A stretch of 64,000 nucleotides of DNA from an uncultured bacterium (lineage in GTDB: Bacteria > Krumholzibacteriota > Krumholzibacteriia > LZORAL124-64-63). Shown here one piece after another: positions 30,137-45,913 of this stretch (position 1 is the stretch's first letter; the number at the start of each line of letters is the position of its first letter). The notes below the pieces were generated by a model, which saw only the letters and a program-made list of their open reading frames with translations, was not told where the DNA came from and ran no database searches. Position numbers and translations under genes: made by a program. The stretch spans positions 768,001-832,000 of the forward strand of contig CAVSGO010000007.1 of NCBI GenBank assembly GCA_963727525.1, given 5' to 3'.

Positions 30137-31069
30137 ATGCGCACGACAATGCGTGGAGCCTGGTTGCTGATCGGCGTACTGGGCCTGTTCGCCGTGACGG
30201 CGGCCCAGGCCAGCGACTCGACCTGGTGGCAACGGCAGGCCGCCCTCGAGGTGGCCAGCCTCACGGGGCAGCTCGCGACGGATACCTTCGGCAACGCTGG
30301 GAGCGACGGTCCCGTACTCAGCGAATCGAGTCAGGGACACTCGCCGGCCGTACCCATGCTGCTGTCCCTGCTCGTGCCCGGCGCCGGAGAGGTCTATCTC
30401 GGCAAGAAGATCGGGTTCCTGTTCATGGCGGGCGACCTTTTCTCCTGGTACGAGGTGATCCACAACACCAGCGTCGGCAACGACAAGCGCGACGAGTACT
30501 ACGTCTACGCCCAGCAACACTGGTTCGAGGACAAGCTCGACGCGGCATACGATCCAAACTACCTCGATCGTGCCGATGCGAACCTCGCGTATACCGATGT
30601 CGTCGACGTCGGCCATGACTACTTCAGCGACTTCCCCGTGGGCTACCAGAACATCCCGCTGTGGGTGTCGTCGATCGCCGATCGGCGGGAGTACTTCGAG
30701 AACCTGGGCAAGTGGGATCAATTCGTCTTCGGCTGGGACGACTTCCGGAATCCCACCACGTTCCTCGACGGCATCGATCCGGATCCGATCTACCTTAAGG
30801 ATCCGCGCACGTCGGAGCACCGCGAGACCTATCGCGCGATGCGCCGCGATTCGAACAATGCCTTCGACCGCCGCGACCGCTTCATCTACGTCTCGCTAGC
30901 ACTGCGTGTGGCGAGCGTGCTCCACGTCGCCTACCTCGAGGGCCTGCTATTCGGCGACGGCGGCGCAAACAGCGGCAACGACCTGCAGGTGGCCGGGCAT
31001 CCGGTGCAGATCTTCGCGGAGCCGGTGGGGCGGTCGGCGGGTATCGTCGGCGCCTCGCTGAGCTTCTGA
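30137..31069 (+). CDS. Hypothetical envelope protein (SLLVPGAG motif, C-terminal Phe)
   Basis: Signal peptide, LSLLVPGAGEVYLG, EYFENLGKWDQFVFGWDD, C-terminal amphipathic strands ending ASLSF. Confidence 0.75.
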   Translation: MRTTMRGAWLLIGVLGLFAVTAAQASDSTWWQRQAALEVASLTGQLATDTFGNAGSDGPVLSESSQGHSPAVPMLLSLLVPGAGEVYLGKKIGFLFMAGDLFSWYEVIHNTSVGNDKRDEYYVYAQQHWFEDKLDAAYDPNYLDRADANLAYTDVVDVGHDYFSDFPVGYQNIPLWVSSIADRREYFENLGKWDQFVFGWDDFRNPTTFLDGIDPDPIYLKDPRTSEHRETYRAMRRDSNNAFDRRDRFIYVSLALRVASVLHVAYLEGLLFGDGGANSGNDLQVAGHPVQIFAEPVGRSAGIVGASLSF

Positions 31070-31080
31070 AAGGAGACGCG

Positions 31081-31875
31081 GTGAAGACGTTCGACACGAC
31101 ACGACGCGCGACCCTCGCGATCTTGCTGGGGATGGCGCTGGCCGGTTCGGCCGCGGCCGGCGACCGCGACTGGTACGGCGCGGGCGCTTCGGGCGGGTGG
31201 CGCGACCTGCTGGGCGCCCAGGAGATCGGTGGCACCCACGTCGAACCGCGCGCCGGGCATGGGGGCGGTTCGCATCGCATGAGCACCAAGCTCAAGGCGG
31301 GTGCTCTGTCCCTGCTCGTCCCCGGGGCCGGGCAGATCCTCGTCAACGGGGATCGCGAGAAGGGTTTCATCATGATGGGCGCCGAGGCGGCGATCTGGGG
31401 GGCGTTCCTGGTCTTCGATCACCAGGGCGACGGCTGGGCCGACGACTACCGCGAGTGGGCCGGGATCTACGCCGGCACGCAAGGCGACCACGGCGACTAC
31501 TACTGGCAGTCCGTGGGCCGATACTCCGACAGCGACGCGTACTACGAATCCCAGTTGCGCGAGGCGCGGGCATTCGGCGAGGCGACGCCGGACCCGCTGC
31601 CCGCGAGCGACGCGTGGCAGTGGCGGAACGCAACCTACCAGGGGCAGTATCAGGGGATGCGCGCCGACGCCTCGCGCGCCTATGATCGGCGCGACTTCAT
31701 GATCCTCTTCGCGATCCTCAACCGGGCCGTGTCGGCCTTCGACGCCGTACGCAACGCCGGTCACGGCGACGAGCCGGCGCTGGGCGCCCGCGTGATGGGC
31801 CTCGACCTGGCGGTCGATATCAGTCCGTCGCTTCGCCACCCGGAGGCCCGCTGCGGCCTCGGGCGGAGCTTCTAG
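31081..31875 (+). CDS. Hypothetical envelope protein, paralogue of the preceding gene
   Basis: AAGGAG RBS, GTG start, signal peptide, LSLLVPGAGQILV, YQGMRADASRAYDRRDF, C-terminal GLGRSF. Confidence 0.75.
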   Translation: MKTFDTTRRATLAILLGMALAGSAAAGDRDWYGAGASGGWRDLLGAQEIGGTHVEPRAGHGGGSHRMSTKLKAGALSLLVPGAGQILVNGDREKGFIMMGAEAAIWGAFLVFDHQGDGWADDYREWAGIYAGTQGDHGDYYWQSVGRYSDSDAYYESQLREARAFGEATPDPLPASDAWQWRNATYQGQYQGMRADASRAYDRRDFMILFAILNRAVSAFDAVRNAGHGDEPALGARVMGLDLAVDISPSLRHPEARCGLGRSF

Positions 31876-31876
31876 C

Positions 31877-32875
31877 GTGCGCGCGCGGCCGGTTCTCGTG
31901 GGATACGCGGTCGTGGGCCTGGCGCTGGCGCTGGTCGGCTGCGCGAGCACCATCCACGATGCCGGCGGTGGCAGGGCGTCGCCGGTTCGCGCGTCGGCAG
32001 CAAAGCCGGGCACGGTGCCCACAGGCGTGACCTTCCTTTACGCGTTCGAGAACGAGCGCGGCGCGGTGTACTACCCGTTCGAGGGCCTGGCCGGTGCCGA
32101 CTACGGCGACGATGGAACCCTGGTCATCTGCGACGAGAAGCGCAGCAAGGTCTACGGGCTCGATCCCCGGACACAGGAGTGGTACGAGTTCGCCACGGCG
32201 TCCGGTGCCAACTACCGCCCTGTGGATGTGCGAATCGACGGCTTCAAGGTGCTCGTGCTCGACATCGGTGGTCGCAGTCTCGATCGCTACGATCTCGACG
32301 GCGCGTACCAGGACCGGCTCGTGAATTTCCGCACGCTCGATCCCGCCTACGACACCACGCCCAGCGCCTTCGACGTCGACGTCGACGGTCGGTTGGTGGT
32401 CGCCGACGGCGGCGATAACCAGATCGTCATGCTCGATGCGTTCCTCAACCTGCAGATGCGCGTGGGTGGCCCGGGACCGAACACGGACCAGTTCCACGAG
32501 CCGAGCGGCGTGGCATTCCTGCCCGACGGCGGCTTCCTGGTGAGCGACCGGGGCAACCGACGCTTGCAGCGGTTCAACCGGCTCGGCTTCTACGAGGACG
32601 TGATAGGCGGGGAATTCAATGTCGACAATCCCTTCGTCACGCCGCAGGGCGTCGACGTGGACCGCTGGGGCAACGCCTTCGTGGCCGATCCGGTGGCGGG
32701 TCTGGTGCACGTGATCGATGCCTCGGGCCAACCGCTCTTCATCATCGGACCGGACCTGAATCTCCTCGCCGCCTTGCAGGCGCCGATGGATGTCGCGGTG
32801 GGGCCCCAGGACCTGCTGGCCGTCACTGACCGCACGCGCGGCGCCGTCCTGGTCTTCCAGCTCCTCTACGACTGA
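31877..32875 (+). CDS. NHL-repeat beta-propeller lipoprotein
   Basis: Lipobox LVG-C, and repeats such as FHEPSGVAFLPDGGFLVSDRGNRRLQRF and PQGVDVDRWGNAFVAD. Confidence 0.85.
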   Translation: MRARPVLVGYAVVGLALALVGCASTIHDAGGGRASPVRASAAKPGTVPTGVTFLYAFENERGAVYYPFEGLAGADYGDDGTLVICDEKRSKVYGLDPRTQEWYEFATASGANYRPVDVRIDGFKVLVLDIGGRSLDRYDLDGAYQDRLVNFRTLDPAYDTTPSAFDVDVDGRLVVADGGDNQIVMLDAFLNLQMRVGGPGPNTDQFHEPSGVAFLPDGGFLVSDRGNRRLQRFNRLGFYEDVIGGEFNVDNPFVTPQGVDVDRWGNAFVADPVAGLVHVIDASGQPLFIIGPDLNLLAALQAPMDVAVGPQDLLAVTDRTRGAVLVFQLLYD

Positions 32876-35800
32876 GGCGGCTGCACCGCGGGAGGTGTCC
32901 GGTGAGCCGTGTCGTCCTCCTCGGGCTCACATTCCTCGCCCTGGTGGCACCGAAAGGCGCCGGGGCAGCGAGTGATGCCGCGCCGTCGGACGACGCCCTC
33001 ATTCCCGAGCTCGAGTTCTTCGTCTTGCCGGAGGGGAGCCAGGCCCTGGCCCTGGCACACGGGTACGTGGATCCCGCGAGCTTCCGGCTCACCGTCGGTG
33101 GTCGTCTGTGGGAGGCGGACCACGATTTCCGGTTGCGGTCGCGAGCCGGACTCGTCGTGCCGCTCCGTCACTGGGCGGCGCCCGGCGCGGGGCCGGTGGT
33201 GGTGAAGGCCGCCTACCGGTATCTGCCCGTGGCCTTCGCGCCACGCCTGGACCTGCGGCCACTCGCGCAGGCGCCCGTGCCCGCCACGTCCGGCGCGCGG
33301 GCGACCCCGGAAGCCACGGCGACGGGCCCGGGCAGCTACGGCACGCTCACCGTTCGCGGCAGCAAGTCGGTGCAGGTGTCCTCGGGTAACCGGCGTGATT
33401 TGACAGTGGACCAGAACTTGCGCCTGAGCATCGCTGGCCAGCTCACGCGCGACATCAGCGTGCGGGCGGCGCTCTCGGACGACAACCTCCCGGTGGTTCC
33501 CGAGGGCAATACCACCGAGCTACGCGACATCGACAAGGTGCTCGTGGAGCTGACCGCCCCGCACTGGCGAGCCACCCTCGGTGACTTCGTGGCGCTGCGT
33601 GGCGGCACGGTGTTCGGCAACTATCGACGCAAGCTGCAGGGTTTCTCGATCGCGGCGGAGGGCGTGGACGTGCTGGCGGGTTCGCCGCGCGGGCGTTATC
33701 GCACGGTCGAGATCCGCGGGCAGGAAGCGAACCAGGGCCCGTACTACCTGGGCGCCGGCGACAGTGGTACGAATCTCTACATCGTCGCGGGTTCCGAGCG
33801 CGTGACCCTCGATGGTGCCGAACTCACGCGGGGCGCCGACCGCGATTACGTGATCGACTACGTGCGCGGTACCGTCACGTTCACGTACCGGCGGATGATC
33901 ACTGCCGAGTCGCTGATCGTGGTGGAATACGAGGAAGGCGAGGGGCCGTACGCACGCACAGTGGTCGGGGCAGGCGCCGGCGCCAGTGCCCGGGTGCCGT
34001 TCCTGGGCGGAAGCCTCGCGTCGCTCACGGTGCGCCTGACCCGCGAGAAGGACGATCCCCAGCGTTTGCGCACGGGCACGCTCGACGCCGAAGACGAGAA
34101 TGTGCTGGCGGCGGCCGGCGACGATCCTCTCGCGGCCCTGGCCTCGGGCGTGACGTCGGTGGATCCGGGAACGGGCGATTACACGGCGCAGGAGCAGGGC
34201 AGCGACACGATCTACGTCTACACCCCAGGCGGCGATCTCACGGTGGCCTTCGCGTACGTGGGCGCCGGCTTCGGCGACTACGATCTGCAGTCGCTCACGG
34301 AAGCGGGCACGCGGGTCTACGTCTACCGCGGGCCGGGACTGGGCGCGTACCGGGTGGGACGCCTGCTGCCGCTGCCGGAGTCGCACAGCCTGGTGACCAT
34401 CGCCGGCGCGCTCGGCGACACCAGCGGCGCGGGCGTGGACGTGGAATGGGACATCTCCAAGCTCGACCGCAACGTCCTGTCCACCAGCGACAGTGGCGAC
34501 GATCATGGCGAGGCGGGCCGCGTGCGTCTGCGCAGCGGCGCCGTAGGCCTCGCCGGAGGGACGCTGGCCGCAAGCGCGTCGCACACCGACCGGGGCGGAT
34601 TCTTTCAGCCGCTGCTCTCGGACCGCACGATCTTCGATTATGAACGCTGGGGCCTGGCCGACCGCGCGCGGCGTGCGAACTTCCTCGCCCAGCGCGATAA
34701 GGTGACGGACGTTGCGACCCACTGGGCCGCCGGCGATGCCGGCCGCCGGCTCGCCCTCGGCGGCACCTGGGCGCACCTGGCGCATGGGCCCGACCTCACG
34801 GCGCGGCGCTGGCAAGCCTCCGGCGACGCGGAACTCGGCCGGGCACAGTGGCGCGGCACCATGCGGCGCGCCACGGCGCGCGACCGGGTCGATCCTCTTG
34901 AAGTGACGCGGCGCGACCAGGACCACCAGGTGGTGTGGCAAGGCCGCGCGGTCGTGCCACGCGTCAGCTACCGCCGGCAGGAATGGACCGATGCAGCGAT
35001 CGCCGGCCCCCGCGCTGCGGGATACCGCCTGCGTGAGTACGGCGGCGCCCTGGCGGGCCCCGCGGCCGGTACGTGGTCCTGGGACTTGGGGTTCGACCAC
35101 GGCCTCGCCGATTCGCTGCGCACCGGCGCGTGGCAGGGCGTGCGCGACAGCCGTACCTGGCACGCCCGCGCCGGCACGCCGCGCGTGGGCGGGGTGCGCC
35201 TCGTGGGTGAGGGAACGGTGCGCGAGGTGCACCTGCCCGGCGGCGGCACGGAGACCACGCGTCTGGCCAAGGCCGACCTCGCCGGACTGTGGCCCACCCT
35301 GGGTAGTGACTGGAGCCTGAGCTACAGCGTCGACAACAGCCGCGCCGAGGTGCTGCGGCGCGAGATCGTGTTCGTGGGTACGCATCAGGGCAGCTATGAT
35401 GCCGTGGGCGACTTCGTGGGCTTCGAGCAGGGCGACTACAACCTCGTACTCGCCGGCACCGACAGCCTCGTGGCGACCACGGCAGTCAAGGCCGATCTCG
35501 CCTGGCGTCAGGACTTCAGTGGCCTCGGCCACGACCGCGCGTGGGGTGCCTGGACCAGCGTCACGCGCGCCGCGGTGGAAGGCCGCAGTCGCACGGACGA
35601 CGTCGGCAGCCTGCTCGCGCTCAACCCCCGCGTGCTCTTCGACCCGGACACCGTGGTGCTGGCGCGCGTACAGCTCAACCAGGAGTTCGACTTCCTGCGC
35701 CATCTGCGCGACTGGGACCTGCGTGTGCTCTGGGATCACGACGAGTCGCGCGATCGGCAATATGCCGCGAGCCAGGAAGACCGCCTGCTGCGCCGGCAGC

Positions 35801-36271
35801 ACGGCACGTTGAGCTGGAACGCCACGCGGCAGGTCACGCTGCGGCTGCAGGGCGAGCGCGAGGCCGATCGGCGTACCACCGACGCCGTCGCGAACGAGGC
35901 GCGCCAGAGCTACGACGCGCACACGCGCCACGTCGATCTCGAAGCGGTTCTGCGACCACGTGCCGGCGACCGCGTGGCGTTCGGTGTGGAGGCGCTGACG
36001 CGCGACGACAGCTTCTCAGGCGTGTCGCAGACGGAGTACGCCGTGAATCCGAGCTTGCGGTGGCGTCCTCGCAACGATTGGACGCTGCAGTGCGACCTCC
36101 GTGTGGCCGAGGTCACGAGCGACGAGCCGGCGGGCGCGCGCCGTCCCTATTTCTTTCCCCGGCCCGGACGCAATGTCGATGCCAGCGCGCGCCTGGCCTG
36201 GAATCCGAACGACCATCTGACCTTCGCGCTCGCCTACTTCGGGCGCAAGCAGGGAGACCTGGAGTGGCAGC

Positions 36272-42882
<6,611 letters not shown>

Positions 42883-42892
42883 GGAGAGACCA

Positions 42893-44173
42893 ATGACGCG
42901 TGTCGACCTGCTCGTGGACTCGATCGGACAGCTCTGCACCGTCTCACGCCCCACCGACGGCGACGGTCCGCGGCGCGGCGCGGCGCTCGCGGATGTCGGA
43001 GCCATCGACGACGGCGCGCTCGCCATCGCCGATGGGCGGGTGGTGGCGGCGGGCCCGCGCCACGCGGTACGCCAGAGGCTCTGGCCGCACGGGGGGCCCG
43101 GGCCGGAGGTGACGGTGGTGGATGCCGCGGGTCGCTGTGTGGTACCGGGCTTCGTCGACCCGCATACCCATGCGGTCTTCGGCCGCACCCGCCAGGACGA
43201 GTATGAACGTCGGGTGCGCGGCGAGACCTACCTGCAGATCGCGGCGGCGGGTGGTGGGATCAACGCCTCGGTGCGCGATCTGCGCGAGCGTTCGGAGGAC
43301 GATCTCGTGGCACTGGCCGTCCCGCGGTTGCGGGAGATGGTGGCGCATGGCACCACAACTGTCGAAATAAAAAGCGGTTACGGGCTCAACTTGAATGATG
43401 AGCTGAAGAGCCTGCGCGCGGCGCGCCGGGCCGCTGACGCGGCCGGGATCGGCGCCGTGCTCACCTGCCTGGCCGCCCACGAGGTGCCGCCGGAGTACCG
43501 CGACCGTCGCGGCGACTACGTGCGCGTGGTGTGCGCGGAGGTGCTGCCGGCGGTGGTGGAGTCGGGCCTCGCCGACCGCTGCGACGTGTTCTGCGAGCCG
43601 TCGGTGTTCCCGCTGGCCGAGACGGAAACCATCCTCACCCGGGCTCGCGAGTTGGGGCTGCGGCTCACGGTGCACGCGGACGAACTGGAACCGATGGGTG
43701 GTGCGGCGCTGGCGGCGCGGCTCGGCGCGGATAGCGCCGACCATCTCATCGTCATCGACGCGGCCGGTCAAGCGGCGCTGGCAGGTTCGCGGACCGTGGC
43801 CACGCTGTTGCCGGGCACTGTCTTCACCCTCGGATTGCGCGCCTACGCGCCGGCGCGCGCCATGATCGACGCCGGCTGCGCCGTGGCGTTGGCCACGGAT
43901 TTCAACCCCGGCAGCAGCCCCATCCTGTCCGTCCCGCTGATCCAGGCGATCGCCTGCAGTCAGATGCGACTGCTGCCGGGGGAGGCGCTGGTGGGCACCA
44001 CGCTCAACGCGGCCTGGGCCCTGGGCCTGGCCGATCGCGTGGGATCGCTGGCGCCGGGCAAGGCCGCCGACTTCCTCATCCTCGACGGCGACGATCACCG
44101 TCTGGTGCCTTACCAGGCGGGGCATAATCCGGTGGCCGCGGTGTATCGCGCCGGCCGTCGCATCGCCGGTTGA
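42893..44173 (+). CDS. hutI: Imidazolonepropionase
   Basis: PGFVDPHTH, GGGINASVR, GTTTVEIKSGYGL, CDVFCE, HADEL, SADHL and ATDFNPGSS motifs. Confidence 0.95.
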   Translation: MTRVDLLVDSIGQLCTVSRPTDGDGPRRGAALADVGAIDDGALAIADGRVVAAGPRHAVRQRLWPHGGPGPEVTVVDAAGRCVVPGFVDPHTHAVFGRTRQDEYERRVRGETYLQIAAAGGGINASVRDLRERSEDDLVALAVPRLREMVAHGTTTVEIKSGYGLNLNDELKSLRAARRAADAAGIGAVLTCLAAHEVPPEYRDRRGDYVRVVCAEVLPAVVESGLADRCDVFCEPSVFPLAETETILTRARELGLRLTVHADELEPMGGAALAARLGADSADHLIVIDAAGQAALAGSRTVATLLPGTVFTLGLRAYAPARAMIDAGCAVALATDFNPGSSPILSVPLIQAIACSQMRLLPGEALVGTTLNAAWALGLADRVGSLAPGKAADFLILDGDDHRLVPYQAGHNPVAAVYRAGRRIAG

Positions 44174-44251
44174 GCGCGGCTCCCCCAAAAAAAGCGCTCA
44201 ACCTGCGCTCATGCTGAACGAACTATGGGGACGCCAGGCCGGACCGCGGCC

Positions 44252-45850
44252 ATGAGTGGCCAAAGCATCATCGCCTCGTCGGGGAGCGACTCCTTGTCGT
44301 CCAAGCTCAGCAACCTGAAGCAGGAAGCCTACCAGGCAGCGAAGCGGCGCAACTGGGTCGAGGCCATCTCGATCTACGAGCGTCTGCTCGACCTCGACAA
44401 GAATAATCCCGCGCTCCTCAACGAGCTCGGCGATATCTGCCTGAAGAACCAGGACCCGCCGAAGGCCGTGCGCCAGTTCCTCAATGCAGCGGCGAAGTAC
44501 AAGCAGAACGGGCTGCTCAACAACGCAGTCGCGGTGTACAAGAAGGTGCTGCGGCACGAGCCCGACAACATCAATGCCCACTGGTTCCTCGCGGAGATCC
44601 GCTCGAGCCAGGGGCTGGTCATGGAGGGCGAGGTCCACGCGGAACGCTTCCTTGCGGCCGCGGACGTGGTGGCGGGGGAGATCAAGGAGATCTTCCTGAA
44701 GCGCTGCGTGCAATTGCTCGCCCTCTACCCGGGCAGCCGCGCGATCCTCGAACGCATGCAGGGCGTCTTTCGCGTCTGGAACCTGCCGCTCGAGGAGGCG
44801 CGCACGGCCTGCCTGCTCGCGGTCGTCCTGCGGGGAGAAGGGGAGGCCAAGGCCGGTGCCGCCCTCGTGCAGCGCGCCCTGGAGTTCTGTCCCGAAGTGG
44901 CGAATTACATCGAGTACACGCGCTGGCAGACGGCCAGCGGCACCACGACCAATCCGGCGAACTTCGCCGATGTCAACACCGTGGAACTCGGAGCGGCCGA
45001 CGAACCCGTCGCGGCGCCTGAGCCGGTCGTACCCGAGGTACCGGTACGGCCCGAACCGACGACGATGAGCTGGGACATCGGCGCGGAACTGGAGCTGGAG
45101 CCGGAGCCTGTGCCGCCCCCGGCGACTCCGTCCGCGCTGCCGGTGGACGCTTTCGAGCAATTCCTCGCGGGCACGAGCGATACCGACGACGCCGTGACCA
45201 CGAACGCGCCCGGCCAGGACGCCGTTGGCGCCTTCGGCCGCGATTCCGACGACGGCCTGCCCCGAGACGACGACGGCTGCTTCGCCATCGACACCGACGA
45301 CACCGGGACGGAGACGAGCTTCGCCGATCTCATCGACGCGGCCACGGCCAGCATCGGCACGCCGGCGAAGTCTGCGGATCCACTGCAGAAGATCCTCGAC
45401 GATGTGGGGCCGGACAGCGGTGGCGACGCGGGTCAGGTCGACACCATCACCAGCGAGATCGGCCAGCACGTGGGTGGCGAAGGCGAGCAGGATGCCGAGG
45501 CGCTGTATCAGCAGGGGCTGGTCTACCTCGAGCTGGGCCTGCACGCCCAGGCGGCCGAGAGCTTCGCGGCGGCGTCGGGCAGCGCGCAGTACGCCCTGCG
45601 GGCGTGCGAGATGCTCGGCGTATCCCTCGAGCGCGACGGTCGCGACAGGGAGGCGCTCACCGCCTTCGAGCAGGGCCTGGCCGTAACGGGCGTCGAGCCC
45701 CGGTCGATCCTCGGCCTTCACTACCACGCGGCGCAGCTCCACGAGCGCCTCGGCAACGCCGTTCGCGCCCGGGCCCACTACGAGGAGATCCACGCGATCG
45801 ATCCCACCTTCCTCGACGTCGCCCAGCGCATCCAGCAGCTCGTGCCGTAG
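44252..45850 (+). CDS. Tetratricopeptide repeat protein with acidic linker (N- and C-terminal TPR clusters)
   Basis: TPR helices at both ends and a Pro/Glu/Asp-rich middle. Start uncertain (ATG 44225, ATG 44252, or TTG 44294 after GGGGAG). Confidence 0.85.
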   Translation: MSGQSIIASSGSDSLSSKLSNLKQEAYQAAKRRNWVEAISIYERLLDLDKNNPALLNELGDICLKNQDPPKAVRQFLNAAAKYKQNGLLNNAVAVYKKVLRHEPDNINAHWFLAEIRSSQGLVMEGEVHAERFLAAADVVAGEIKEIFLKRCVQLLALYPGSRAILERMQGVFRVWNLPLEEARTACLLAVVLRGEGEAKAGAALVQRALEFCPEVANYIEYTRWQTASGTTTNPANFADVNTVELGAADEPVAAPEPVVPEVPVRPEPTTMSWDIGAELELEPEPVPPPATPSALPVDAFEQFLAGTSDTDDAVTTNAPGQDAVGAFGRDSDDGLPRDDDGCFAIDTDDTGTETSFADLIDAATASIGTPAKSADPLQKILDDVGPDSGGDAGQVDTITSEIGQHVGGEGEQDAEALYQQGLVYLELGLHAQAAESFAAASGSAQYALRACEMLGVSLERDGRDREALTAFEQGLAVTGVEPRSILGLHYHAAQLHERLGNAVRARAHYEEIHAIDPTFLDVAQRIQQLVP

Positions 45851-45913
45851 CACGCTTCGCCGGTGTTTGCCGTAGCGCTTGCCACCGCCCCCACCTTTGC
45901 CTACGATCCGGTC

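Noticed and set aside
45851-45913. Cobalamin riboswitch upstream of the S-component fusion
   Set aside because: The intergenic gap is only about 63 nt and has no B12-box-like sequence.
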